Shown here piece after piece: positions 37,802 through 47,384 of a DNA stretch of 64,000 nt. Made by a program: the position numbers and the translations under genes. The DNA lies in the sequence record ON287370.1. One strand, given 5' to 3'. How positions within the stretch are numbered: the first letter of the stretch is position 1; every line of letters starts with the position of its first letter. The notes below the pieces were generated by a model. That model did not search any database. It was not told the DNA's origin and saw only the letters and a program-made list of their open reading frames with translations.

Positions 37802-38167
37802 TTAGTGTTTAGTACGGGATGTCGGTTGGTAAACAGTTTCATGGGTCCAAACATTGAACCCATTTTCTTTTTGAACCACCGGTACGGCGCCCAATTCAAT
37901 TGCAACACTGTCATCTTTCAGTCCATTGACTTCAATGTAAAGTTTCAGACTGACATCCAGACGACGTGCAAGCTCCAGTAGGGCATCGAAACTAACACCC
38001 TTATGGATTTGACGTTTAACCTTTGAAATGATATTAGCGCTCATTCCAACGCGATCTGCCAGTACACGCTGACTAGTGTATTCAAGTTTACACTGGATGA
38101 TGTAAGACAAACGAGATACTAACAGATTTTTAGCTTTCAATACGGAACCGTTATTGTATTTGCTCAT
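37802..38167 (-). CDS. XRE/Cro-type helix-turn-helix protein
   Basis: TSQRVLADRVGMSANIISKVKR...VSFDALLELARRLDV matches the HTH_3/XRE pattern. Confidence 0.75.
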   Translation of the reverse strand: MSKYNNGSVLKAKNLLVSRLSYIIQCKLEYTSQRVLADRVGMSANIISKVKRQIHKGVSFDALLELARRLDVSLKLYIEVNGLKDDSVAIELGAVPVVQKENGFNVWTHETVYQPTSRTKH

Positions 38168-38170
38168 GAT

Positions 38171-38449
38171 TTATTTCCTTCTAAAGTTTGCGTTAATTGT
38201 TTCGCCATTTAGAGAACCGATAACTGCCAGTTCTCCTCCAAGCTTGAGATAGATACCTATTACCGTATCTAGTGAAATATTTAACCCACCACAATTACGT
38301 AAGCGGGAAATAGTTGATGGACTAATGTGATTCTGTTTGCAGAAATCCTTAGACGTCATTGTCTTCAGTCGTTTGTTGAGTTGGGATATCACAACAGGCA
38401 ACAATGCGTTTAGGATAACGTCAGTGTTTTGTGTTGAGCACATGGACAT
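38171..38449 (-). CDS. XRE/Cro-type helix-turn-helix protein
   Basis: TSKDFCKQNHISPSTISRLRN...ISLDTVIGIYLKLG matches the XRE HTH pattern. Confidence 0.7.
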   Translation of the reverse strand: MSMCSTQNTDVILNALLPVVISQLNKRLKTMTSKDFCKQNHISPSTISRLRNCGGLNISLDTVIGIYLKLGGELAVIGSLNGETINANFRRK

Positions 38450-38463
38450 GGGATAGCTCTTTG

Positions 38464-39198
38464 TTAGAAGTTATAACGGAATGAGTTCATTGAACCCTTC
38501 ATAGAGTATTTTGCTGGGATCTGTTTGTTCAGGAAACGTTCCTGCATTTCTGCTGGAGCTTCATGACCAACAAGTACTTTACGGTTTTCTTGATTCTTCT
38601 GAGTAACATTATGATAACGGAAGAGTTCTGGTTCTTCCTCTTCAATGGACTTGACCCATTTCTCAGGTACATATACACCACGGATAATGCCGTTAGCGAC
38701 ACCTAAGACGATATCAGCTTGCATTGCAATAGTTGGGTTGACCACCCAAGAGAATCGCGTAGCGTCCCATGTGCTAAGCTTACCGAAGCTTTTATTGATC
38801 TTGATGATCATTACCTTAACGCCATCAAGGTTTGCTTCTTCAGCGGCATATTTGATATCCAGCTCTTGAGCTGATTGAGGACCACGGTATACACCATGAC
38901 CTTTTACTGCATTGGTAAGTTCTGGATGGAAATCAATCATAGCTGCTTCTACTTCAAAAGCAGATTCTTCAGACATGCCATGACGGATAACACAATGTTC
39001 CACTTCCAGGCCGGCCGCGTGAATTTCACGAATCAGATCGAGCTTGTCAGATTTACGGGAATCTTTAAGTGCATCTTGAACATGCATAAAGATACGTTGA
39101 CCACAACCCTTACCAATGTAGAAAACTTTATTGGTACGTGGATCAGTCAGAGAGTAAACATAGAAACCCAGTTGTTCGATAGTTGCTTGATTAAACAT
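38464..39198 (-). CDS. LEM-3-like GIY-YIG domain nuclease
   Basis: FYVYSLTDPRTNKVFYIGKG-x2-R-x3-H and AFEVEAAMID carry the GIY-YIG tyrosines, Arg and catalytic Glu typical of this family. Confidence 0.8.
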   Translation of the reverse strand: MFNQATIEQLGFYVYSLTDPRTNKVFYIGKGCGQRIFMHVQDALKDSRKSDKLDLIREIHAAGLEVEHCVIRHGMSEESAFEVEAAMIDFHPELTNAVKGHGVYRGPQSAQELDIKYAAEEANLDGVKVMIIKINKSFGKLSTWDATRFSWVVNPTIAMQADIVLGVANGIIRGVYVPEKWVKSIEEEEPELFRYHNVTQKNQENRKVLVGHEAPAEMQERFLNKQIPAKYSMKGSMNSFRYNF

Positions 39199-39242
39199 AA
39201 TCTCATTCCTTCTATAAGTTGATTGAAAAATTGTATTTCATA

Positions 39243-39258
39243 TACACTTTGATAATAT
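39243..39258 (-). promoter_or_regulatory. Putative phage RNAP promoter, ATATTATC-N4-TGTA (copy 2)
   Basis: The - strand reads AGATATTATCAAAGTGTATA upstream of the GIY-YIG gene. Confidence 0.6.
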
Positions 39259-39305
39259 CTGCTTAAACTTATATTCAAATGCAAAAATAAAAATATGATA
39301 ATAAC

Positions 39306-39333
39306 CCTAACACTCCCTTGCGGAAGTGTTAGG
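39306..39333 (-). terminator. GCAA-tetraloop hairpin terminator
   Basis: The - strand reads CCTAACACTTCC-GCAA-GGGAGTGTTAGG with one G-U pair, 7 nt after the stop. Confidence 0.75.
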
Positions 39334-39340
39334 AATTATA

Positions 39341-40642
39341 TTACCAGGAGAATACAGAAAGCAGACGAGTTAAGAAACCCTTTGGTTCTTTAACTGGTTT
39401 AGTGATTGGTTTCAGGTTTGTAAGATCAAACAAACGAGAAGAAGTGTAGATCAGATTATCAAAGGAGAATTCAACCTTATGGTAAACTCTACCTTCGATT
39501 TCTTTACCGATGGCTCGTACTGTCAACCCTTTAGTTGAATTATTGTAAATGACTTTGGCAAGATTCTCATCGCGAATCTTAATCAGTTCATCTACCACAC
39601 TTTCTTTGAAATTATCTCCAATGTATTCATTAATGAATTCCATTGGGTCCTGGACCCATTGAGAAGAATAAACAGATGGTAAAGACAGATTAGCAATACC
39701 CTTATAGGTTTCGATAATGGAAACATGTCTGGTTGAATAAACGACAGTGTCTTCCAGTCCAACTTCAATGAAACAATAACCAGGTGCCGGCTCACGTATG
39801 AAAGTGAAATCATAGACACCCATTTTAATTCCTACTTCACTTACACTTTCCTTAGTGAACAGACGACTAATCCCCATAACCAGAGTACGAGGGAGTTCTG
39901 GATGGATCCCATCGGCTGAATAATCCAAAATGGATTCATTAACCTGATTAAGCAGTTTAGTGAATATATTACCCTGGTTGTTTACTGGGGGACAGATCTC
40001 TTTAACCTTCTTAACTACTTGACCCAATTCAGGAGTGACGATCTTGAAATCATACATGCTCTTGAAGGAGTTATGAATGATCTCGAATTCACAACCCAGT
40101 TTGAATGAAACCAGACCATTACCAAATTCAATGTTCTTAATCCAGAATTCACCTACGGTGCCTTCAGTGAACTTCATTCTGAATTTAATATCGTTAGTAG
40201 ATCCCTTACGGCCACGGTTATTATAACGGCGAGTCAGGTAGGAATATACAGCACCATTTAGGTTAGCGATATCTTCCAGGTTATTACCAAATGCATACAT
40301 GATGTCCCCAGTACGAGGGATGATCATGTCATAGAACTGACCTTCTTTGTTGATCTTAGTCAGTGCTTCCAATTCCTGAACAAAGGCATTAAGATTGGAG
40401 GCTGTGAATGTAGCGTCCGAATCTAAAGCACTGAATTCAATATTGGATTTGATCTTAAACGAGGCTTGAGCGTAAGCATCACTAATGACCCCAAGCTGAT
40501 GGCTATCCCCACCTTTAGTGAGTTTGTTAGTTTCTGTAATGAATTCGTCTTGAATGCACTTGACCTGTTTAAGCATCTGGCTGTAAGACATGTACGGGTA
40601 CTGTGCAATCATGTATTGACGAATATCAGAAGTGCGGGACAT
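39341..40642 (-). CDS. Hypothetical protein
   Basis: 433-aa ORF with an AAGGAA SD. Confidence 0.65.
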   Translation of the reverse strand: MSRTSDIRQYMIAQYPYMSYSQMLKQVKCIQDEFITETNKLTKGGDSHQLGVISDAYAQASFKIKSNIEFSALDSDATFTASNLNAFVQELEALTKINKEGQFYDMIIPRTGDIMYAFGNNLEDIANLNGAVYSYLTRRYNNRGRKGSTNDIKFRMKFTEGTVGEFWIKNIEFGNGLVSFKLGCEFEIIHNSFKSMYDFKIVTPELGQVVKKVKEICPPVNNQGNIFTKLLNQVNESILDYSADGIHPELPRTLVMGISRLFTKESVSEVGIKMGVYDFTFIREPAPGYCFIEVGLEDTVVYSTRHVSIIETYKGIANLSLPSVYSSQWVQDPMEFINEYIGDNFKESVVDELIKIRDENLAKVIYNNSTKGLTVRAIGKEIEGRVYHKVEFSFDNLIYTSSRLFDLTNLKPITKPVKEPKGFLTRLLSVFSW

Positions 40643-40724
40643 TTAAATTATTTCCTTAATAAGCGTGATTTTAACGGAGCGATAAGGCTCGGTATTTTCA
40701 GACTTTGCAAATAAACGACAAAGT

Positions 40725-40756
40725 AGGAATAGACAGGGTTTCCCCCATCTATTCCT
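40725..40756 (-). terminator. GAAA-tetraloop hairpin terminator
   Basis: The - strand reads AGGAATAGATGGGG-GAAA-CCCTGTCTATTCCT, fully paired with two G-U pairs and followed by ACTTTT. Confidence 0.75.
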
Positions 40757-40771
40757 TATCTTAGTTTTGTT

Positions 40772-42643
40772 TTACTTGATCGAACTCAGGATCCAACGCT
40801 GCAAGAACTGAAGAACATTGAGAACTTTGTTACGATAAGTATCTTCAATCTGATCCATCTGATCGATCAATGAATGATACTCGGTTGCTTTCCAAACTTC
40901 TTTAGCTTGTTTGGTAAAGAAATGTTTATCCCAGAACTCGCTATCATAGAACGAGGAATCATCCAGGGCATTATCATAATACAATTCTTCACTATCGATG
41001 AAACCAGTCTGGGTTTTGAGAATGAAACTGACAACATCAGTCACTTCTTTGATATTGGCTTTCGTCAGAACTGGAAGTTCCACAGGTGTCAGTTTGGTGT
41101 CGAAGTCTTTAAGGCCGGAATCAACCAAGCCACCAGTTAATAGCTCTGGTTTGATCGGTAACATCGCATCCACTTCGCTGATAGGAGTATCAGCGGGCTT
41201 CCCTTTGAATGCGTTAAAGACCTTTAGACCAGCCGTTAGTCGAGACTTGCCATTGCTGTGATGACGATCGTAGATATCCACCGCACGTTTGGTAATCATC
41301 TTGATAATAGTATCTACATCAGAAATACTATTAACCTCTTTGAATGCCTTAGGTGCCTGAAGTTTAGTCTTGCCTACATTTTTGAAGGACTGTTCCGACT
41401 GCCACTTCTCGGTGTTATATTCATCGAAAGTTTTCTCAGCAGCATCCAGATGCTTGATGATCTGAGCGTTGACCTTCTTGGATGGGATGCCTTTGACTTT
41501 CTCTTTGAGCTTATTGTAAGCATCTTTGAGTGTTTCGACAAATCCTTCCATACCTTCTACAGTAGGTTCTACTTCGATGTCGTAGCGATCTTTGATATCG
41601 GTAGAGATAGAAACCATCATCTCACCATTATCAGCCAGGTTTTCGAAACCAGCTTGTTCTGGATCTTTGGCAACGATGATGACCTTGTCCAACATGTCAA
41701 TATCATTTTCCATGTCGAACTTAGCTTCAATCAGATCATAACGATCTTCATCATGGTGATGTTCACCACCATCGACCGGACCAGTGGTACCGATGTGATC
41801 TTCATTACCGGCTACATCTGGATCCTGGGGACCTAAAGCAGAGTCTTCAACAGTAGAAGCGACAATAGCAGGTTCGGCCAATTCTAAAGCTGCGGTTTCT
41901 TCAATTGAATCATCACGGTCTTCTGGGATGTCAATAACAGGAAGTACAACATCACCAGTTGGAGTAGGTTGGATATGTACTGGGTTGTCTGCATCAGCAT
42001 TAACTTCGATGATGGCAGCAGTTACTTCGGGACCACCTGCTGGTTTGATATCATGCTCATTCTTTTCAGGATCAGCATTGACCTTATGATCGGTCAGAGA
42101 TTCAAAACCAGCTACAGGGGTAGCTTCTGCTGCTTCAACAGCTTGTTTAATACGATCAGAAATTCTATCCACGAGATATTCCCCCTCGGATAAAACGATG
42201 TGATCCTGAGAAGGATCTGACCCAGTGGAGTCGATAAAATCATTCCACTTATTGTCCATCATGTTAACAAACGCTTCTGGAGAACCTCGGCCCTCATAAC
42301 GTTCTAGGTAATCACCCTTGAGTTCACGCTGTGGATAAACAAGAGTGTACGGGATACCCGCTTCGGCCATTGCCTTACGGACGTTGTCATGGCTAGATAC
42401 CATGATTACAACATTAGGATAGTTACTGAGAACTTCCTTAATGTGTTCGATATAATTGCCTGGGAAATATTCCTTATCAAATAAGGAACTGTCAGAATCG
42501 AATACCGGAACAGTTCCAGCAGGGACAGGAACATCTATAACACCATCAGCAGAAACGCCAACGTGTTTTAGCCCATACTGTTCGGCACGATTACAGATAG
42601 TGGATTTACCACCACCTGGAAACACAGAGAAAACTAATTGCAT
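40772..42643 (-). CDS. N-terminal P-loop (kinase-like) domain, acidic linker and C-terminal internal-head-like domain
   Basis: VFPGGGKST Walker A plus DSDSS..F, FPxNYI and VSSHxxVR motifs. The D/E-rich linker contains AGFE, AGNE, AALE, AGFE and EGME. Confidence 0.6.
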   Translation of the reverse strand: MQLVFSVFPGGGKSTICNRAEQYGLKHVGVSADGVIDVPVPAGTVPVFDSDSSLFDKEYFPGNYIEHIKEVLSNYPNVVIMVSSHDNVRKAMAEAGIPYTLVYPQRELKGDYLERYEGRGSPEAFVNMMDNKWNDFIDSTGSDPSQDHIVLSEGEYLVDRISDRIKQAVEAAEATPVAGFESLTDHKVNADPEKNEHDIKPAGGPEVTAAIIEVNADADNPVHIQPTPTGDVVLPVIDIPEDRDDSIEETAALELAEPAIVASTVEDSALGPQDPDVAGNEDHIGTTGPVDGGEHHHDEDRYDLIEAKFDMENDIDMLDKVIIVAKDPEQAGFENLADNGEMMVSISTDIKDRYDIEVEPTVEGMEGFVETLKDAYNKLKEKVKGIPSKKVNAQIIKHLDAAEKTFDEYNTEKWQSEQSFKNVGKTKLQAPKAFKEVNSISDVDTIIKMITKRAVDIYDRHHSNGKSRLTAGLKVFNAFKGKPADTPISEVDAMLPIKPELLTGGLVDSGLKDFDTKLTPVELPVLTKANIKEVTDVVSFILKTQTGFIDSEELYYDNALDDSSFYDSEFWDKHFFTKQAKEVWKATEYHSLIDQMDQIEDTYRNKVLNVLQFLQRWILSSIK

Positions 42644-42706
42644 GGTTAACTCACTTATAAAAGGAATGAATAAAGGACGAAGGTGTTACCCGACGTCCTT
42701 CTCATA

Positions 42707-43228
42707 TTATCGTTTCCAATAATTAAACTTAGGCTTATTGGGATCCTTCACTGTAGGAATAAACCCTTCATCAATCTCATTGGGATTGGCTGCTGCTAAC
42801 TTAGCTAGCACATCGCAACGTTCATTATCAGGGATGCCACAGTGTGCTTTTACTTTAATGAATTCAACTTTATGAAAGCGAGTGAGTGCATGCAGACGTT
42901 GGAACAGATCTTTATTCTTCACATCTTCCGTTGCACCAAATTGGGTCTTTCTTACCCATCCATTTTTAATCCAGCCCCACACCCACTTTGTAGCACCATC
43001 AATAGTGTATTGACTATCCGTATAAATCTTTACTACGGACTTTTCTTGAATGCTAGATAAAGCATCAATGACTGCCATTATCTCCATTCGGTTATTGGTT
43101 GATTTGAAGAACCCACGACTGTGTTCAGCGCGGACGTCTCCATAAGTCGCAACCCAAGCTAGACCACCTGGCCCACCTGCTGGGTTATTATCCAAACATG
43201 AACCGTCAGAATATATGTGGTACTCCAC
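42707..43228 (-). CDS. rnhA: Ribonuclease HI
   Basis: IYSDGSC, STNNRME, YTDSQY and KVKAHCGIPDNERCD supply all RNase HI catalytic residues. Confidence 0.95.
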   Translation of the reverse strand: MEYHIYSDGSCLDNNPAGGPGGLAWVATYGDVRAEHSRGFFKSTNNRMEIMAVIDALSSIQEKSVVKIYTDSQYTIDGATKWVWGWIKNGWVRKTQFGATEDVKNKDLFQRLHALTRFHKVEFIKVKAHCGIPDNERCDVLAKLAAANPNEIDEGFIPTVKDPNKPKFNYWKR

Positions 43229-43294
43229 TTTGTTTCTCCAGTTTTTACTCCGTACTTAGTATTTAAGGTTTAATAAAAATAAACAACGTAAAGT

Positions 43295-43320
43295 CCTAGA
43301 GAGGGAATTCCCTCTCTAGG
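43295..43320 (-). terminator. Perfect 26-bp palindromic hairpin
   Basis: CCTAGAGAGGGAATTCCCTCTCTAGG, 7 nt after the stop at 43328. Confidence 0.7.
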
Positions 43321-43327
43321 TAATCCA

Positions 43328-43906
43328 TTACAAATCGAACAAGCGTTTTACGTTATCAAAATGAACTGGTGACGGTTCTGATGTGAATAGTGTTCTACTG
43401 TCAGAACGTGTTGCCAGGAATTCAGAACTATCGTTAGGTCTAAACGTACTGTGTTCTTTAGTAGCAGTTACACGAGTATACCAACCACTTCCAATACACT
43501 TACGTTCCAGAGTAAAGCGATAGTCATTTTCCCAACGTTCCCAAGACCCATCAACAAATACGATAGGAGACCAGTCACGAACATTACTGTGCGGCTCCTC
43601 ACCGAGATAAACTAAAATCTGAGTGAGTGTCTGAGGGATTGGGCTATACTCTCCAGGAGTAGTAATAGCAAAATAATCACACTGTTGTTTATGAAGTTTG
43701 AGAATATTAACCAAACTCATTTCGATATTTGGTTCTTTAGGGCTGTTAATGATGATAGAGGTTGTTCCCTCAGGAGTAATGATCTTAGAACCATAAATAT
43801 CATCACTGTATTCACCACTACCTAAATTACGTTTGACAGTTTGGTGAGTTTGAGAGATCGTCACATCAATGCCAAAGTGCCAGTCATTTCCGTTAGCAAC
43901 TAACAT
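43328..43906 (-). CDS. Hypothetical protein
   Basis: 192-aa ORF whose start overlaps the upstream stop. Confidence 0.6.
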   Translation of the reverse strand: MLVANGNDWHFGIDVTISQTHQTVKRNLGSGEYSDDIYGSKIITPEGTTSIIINSPKEPNIEMSLVNILKLHKQQCDYFAITTPGEYSPIPQTLTQILVYLGEEPHSNVRDWSPIVFVDGSWERWENDYRFTLERKCIGSGWYTRVTATKEHSTFRPNDSSEFLATRSDSRTLFTSEPSPVHFDNVKRLFDL

Positions 43907-44235
43907 TAGAAGAGATCCTTAATTTTGTTTGCAGCATTTGCCTGAATGCCTGAGTCAATGATGGTGGTCATTGGAACGTAGGTGGTTTCACTTCTTTCAT
44001 CAAACCAGACACGATCGACACGAAGTTTTTGTCGGTCAGCAATTTGACGGACAATGGTATTTACGTCTGGGGTGAAACCTAAATCACATGCCAGTTCCAC
44101 AGAGTGGCTGTTGATATTAATCAACATCACATTTTCATGTTGTTCCACAATTTCTTCAATAATGGAAACAGTGGCTTCCCCTAAACGACGTTTAAAGGAC
44201 AGAATAGTTTTAGCGATAGTTGAACCCATTTTCAT
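43906..44235 (-). CDS. Hypothetical protein
   Basis: 109-aa ORF with a GGAG SD. Confidence 0.6.
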   Translation of the reverse strand: MKMGSTIAKTILSFKRRLGEATVSIIEEIVEQHENVMLININSHSVELACDLGFTPDVNTIVRQIADRQKLRVDRVWFDERSETTYVPMTTIIDSGIQANAANKIKDLF

Positions 44236-44260
44236 ATCTCCAGATGAATAGACAAAAGTA

Positions 44261-44284
44261 TAGGAGAGAGTTTCCCCTCTCCTA
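44261..44284 (-). terminator. GAAA-tetraloop hairpin terminator
   Basis: The - strand reads TAGGAGAGGG-GAAA-CTCTCTCCTA, followed by TACTTTT. Confidence 0.75.
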
Positions 44285-44288
44285 ATTA

Positions 44289-46262
44289 TTACTGTGGTTT
44301 ACTTTCAATAAGAGCAATGATGCCTGTCATGGTGTGAACCTGAGTGATACTGTACTTAGGTATCCCATAACGATTTGCTTTCTCCAGTTTACTTGCCCCT
44401 GGCTTATCACCAATTAGCAAACACTTGGAACTCTTGGTTACAGAATCAGTTACAGTATATCCAGCTGCAGCTAATCCTTCTTCCATCATACTACGAGGCA
44501 GAGCTGCCCAAGTACCAGTGATGGCAATTGGAATCCCTACTTCTTTAACAACTGACTGCCTGTTGAAATTGTAATAGCTCAGGAAGCGTTGAATTTCATC
44601 AGCATTTTTCTTAACATGAGAAACCATCGGCAACCCATCGAGACCAAATAGATCAGACATGTATTTGGCGTCACTGAGTACAGTTACGAACGAATAAGCG
44701 TCATGTAACTGAAGTTGATCATTTAAGCCGTTGGTCGCAGCCAGATTGCTAATATCCGCAGCACGTACGAGTCCCAGTCCAGGGATAGCCAAACCATATA
44801 ACCAATGGATAATATCCCGGTCAGAAGCCCGACTGATTTGATTGAGGATATTTTCCGCATCACCTTTACCAATACCAGAGTTAATAAAATCAGATTCTGT
44901 CAACTTGAACAGATCTGCCGGTTCAGATAGGAAGCCGTTATCAACCAACGCCTGAACACGTTCATCACCAAGACCTTTAACATTCAGACCTTGTTTAGAA
45001 ACGAGTCGAGTAAGTTGTTTGATTAACTGGCCTTCACAGTTTTCGTTCTTACAATACGCAGTACCATATAGTTGATAATATTCGATCGGGTGATTACAGA
45101 AAGGACAGTTCTCAGGATAACTGAGACGCTCACCATCACCAGGTTCAACCAACCCAACTAAGTTAGGAATGATTTCATTAGCTTTAGTGATACGAATCAC
45201 AGAACCAATTCGTAATCCTTTCTCAAAGTAACTTCCTGCATAATCAAGCTTACAACGAGTCAGTTTAGTCCCGTCATATTCCACTGGATCATACATCAGT
45301 GTCCCGATCAATTGCCCTTCATTACTTAAAGACCAATCAATCCCTGTTACCTTAGTTTCGTAACTGAGAGTAGGGAACTTATAACAAGTGGCATAAGTAT
45401 AATACTCACCTGTCTGTTCCTTCTCCCATTCACGAAGATTACCCAGTTTAACAACAATACCGTCAATTGGATATTCTCCGATTGGCTTAGAAGCTAACTC
45501 CAGCATCGCATTAACTTCTTCTTTATTAAACTGTTTAGGTATTTCAAATCCAATAGAAATAAAGTGATCTGCTAACTCAGCATACGTATCAAATTGCTTA
45601 CGAGTTTCTAGGTCAGCATTATAGGCTTTAAACTTAATTGGAAGATCTTCACGGTCACCTGGGGTTTGACGACGAAGTAAACCAGAGACCAGAGAACGGG
45701 TATCGGTTTCCTTAGGATCAAGACCATGACGTTTGAGATATTCATCAAAGTCAGCAAAGGTACAGAAACATTCCCCAGTTATAGTACGTTTCTCGAACTC
45801 TTTATAACCTTCGATCTCAGTTGGGATATTAGTTATCAAACCTAGACGGTGAGTTACATCTTCCCCAATGTCGCCACGACCACGGGTATGAGCAGCAGTA
45901 AGCACGCCACGAGTATAGACAAGACGTATTGCAATACCATCGAGCTTATCTTCGTAGACTTCATTGGCATTAACATGCCGAGCAATCCATACGTTAAAGT
46001 CCTTTGGTGTTTTCTTCTTACTGATGGAAATCATTGGTTCAGAGATTTCAACAGTTCCGAGTTTACTATCGACTTCAACAAACCCAACACGAACGGTGGA
46101 CTTATATGAAGGTACTTGTTCTAACAGATCTTTATATTCACGAACTAAGTCGTCATATTCAGAATCTGAAATAACTGGCATATCTTGATTGAAATACATG
46201 TAATCATGATATTTGATCTTTGCTTCCAAATCAAGAATGCGTCTTAACTTTTCAGTATCCAT
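44289..46262 (-). CDS. ligA: NAD+-dependent DNA ligase
   Basis: Domain Ia (HDYMYF...ISDSEYD), KLDG motif I, DGIVVK, an OB fold, a C4 Zn finger (CPFC...CKNENC), HhH and BRCT are all present. ATG 46262 is preferred to the overlapping listed start at 46349. Confidence 0.95.
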   Translation of the reverse strand: MDTEKLRRILDLEAKIKYHDYMYFNQDMPVISDSEYDDLVREYKDLLEQVPSYKSTVRVGFVEVDSKLGTVEISEPMISISKKKTPKDFNVWIARHVNANEVYEDKLDGIAIRLVYTRGVLTAAHTRGRGDIGEDVTHRLGLITNIPTEIEGYKEFEKRTITGECFCTFADFDEYLKRHGLDPKETDTRSLVSGLLRRQTPGDREDLPIKFKAYNADLETRKQFDTYAELADHFISIGFEIPKQFNKEEVNAMLELASKPIGEYPIDGIVVKLGNLREWEKEQTGEYYTYATCYKFPTLSYETKVTGIDWSLSNEGQLIGTLMYDPVEYDGTKLTRCKLDYAGSYFEKGLRIGSVIRITKANEIIPNLVGLVEPGDGERLSYPENCPFCNHPIEYYQLYGTAYCKNENCEGQLIKQLTRLVSKQGLNVKGLGDERVQALVDNGFLSEPADLFKLTESDFINSGIGKGDAENILNQISRASDRDIIHWLYGLAIPGLGLVRAADISNLAATNGLNDQLQLHDAYSFVTVLSDAKYMSDLFGLDGLPMVSHVKKNADEIQRFLSYYNFNRQSVVKEVGIPIAITGTWAALPRSMMEEGLAAAGYTVTDSVTKSSKCLLIGDKPGASKLEKANRYGIPKYSITQVHTMTGIIALIESKPQ

Positions 46263-46269
46263 ATTTAAC

Positions 46270-46992
46270 CTATATGTTATTACCGGCATTAAGATTGTCC
46301 AGCAAGTAAATAATTGCAGACTTATTCTTCTTAATGTTGGATTTAACATTATTGAACATATTGGTAACTCGCAGTTTATTTAAACGTTGAGTTTCGGTTG
46401 CGGTGTCTAACCACTCTTTGATTTGGTTAGTCAAGAAGTCAATATTCTCTACCCCGAAATCACGAGAGTAAGAGAGGTGACGCATAACACCATCATGGCG
46501 GATTGAAGCAGTACCGTGGACGCTGTAGTGACTTGGTTTGCTAACTTTAAAGATAAGTTTAAATTCATCGTCGCTCGTGTCAGGTTTAAACAAAGTAATT
46601 GCAGCATCTTTATCCCTCACTTTAAACAATGGATTATAATGGTAAGATGGTTTCATCTCTTTGCGATAGCGATCCAATTCAGCCTGCAGGGTTGGTGCAT
46701 AAACACGTTTACCCAAACGTTGAATCATTGCATTCCAAATCCGTTTGTATTCCTTAGGACATTCTGGAAAGCCATTAAACATGTCATTCGCACAAACACC
46801 TAAAGCACGGATCACAGTCTGACGACTGCTAATAGGCTCCAGCCCTTCACCTTCAATAGACCACTGGATCATTGGATGACCGACGTAATCTACTTCCAGG
46901 ATTTCCTTCTTCTTGCCTTTGGTCGGATTCAAGCCCTTTAAGGTGACTCGTAATGGACCTTCAACAAATAAGATACTACTTTCAAAGCTCAT
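46270..46992 (-). CDS. Hypothetical protein
   Basis: 240-aa ORF with a GGAG SD. Confidence 0.65.
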   Translation of the reverse strand: MSFESSILFVEGPLRVTLKGLNPTKGKKKEILEVDYVGHPMIQWSIEGEGLEPISSRQTVIRALGVCANDMFNGFPECPKEYKRIWNAMIQRLGKRVYAPTLQAELDRYRKEMKPSYHYNPLFKVRDKDAAITLFKPDTSDDEFKLIFKVSKPSHYSVHGTASIRHDGVMRHLSYSRDFGVENIDFLTNQIKEWLDTATETQRLNKLRVTNMFNNVKSNIKKNKSAIIYLLDNLNAGNNI

Positions 46993-47016
46993 TATTTTCT
47001 CCAGACAAACATAGGT

Positions 47017-47050
47017 TAACTAGGACCGGAGTTAACTCCGGTCCTAGTTA
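47017..47050 (-). terminator. Perfect 34-bp palindromic hairpin
   Basis: TAACTAGGACCGGAGTTAACTCCGGTCCTAGTTA is its own reverse complement. Confidence 0.7.
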
Positions 47051-47060
47051 GGTGTTATAA

Positions 47061-47324
47061 TCAAAGTAACCCGATGATGTTTTCGATGGATTGTTGAGTC
47101 GCATAGTCTTGTACCGCCAGCGTGTAACTCAGAACTTGATTACCAGTAGGATCGAAGGTAATGAAAGCACGAGTACAACCACTCCAAGATACAACAGCTG
47201 TTTTACCAGAATGCTGGTTCTGCTGATATTGGACTGACACTAATACGGAATTGGGACATTGCATTGCAGACGGAGTCAGCACGAGTTGCTGATCAAAAAT
47301 ACATTGAATCTGTTTATTGCTCAT
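47061..47324 (-). CDS. Small Gln-rich hypothetical protein
   Basis: 87-aa ORF with a GAGGT SD. Confidence 0.6.
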   Translation of the reverse strand: MSNKQIQCIFDQQLVLTPSAMQCPNSVLVSVQYQQNQHSGKTAVVSWSGCTRAFITFDPTGNQVLSYTLAVQDYATQQSIENIIGLL

Positions 47325-47384
47325 TTGAGCGACCTCATTGTGAAAAATATTGTTCCTATCACAACATCATCAGGCGCGTAGATA

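Noticed and set aside
42672-42702. Possible terminator after rnhA
   Set aside because: Only a 7-bp outer stem with a poorly paired interior; too weak to list.
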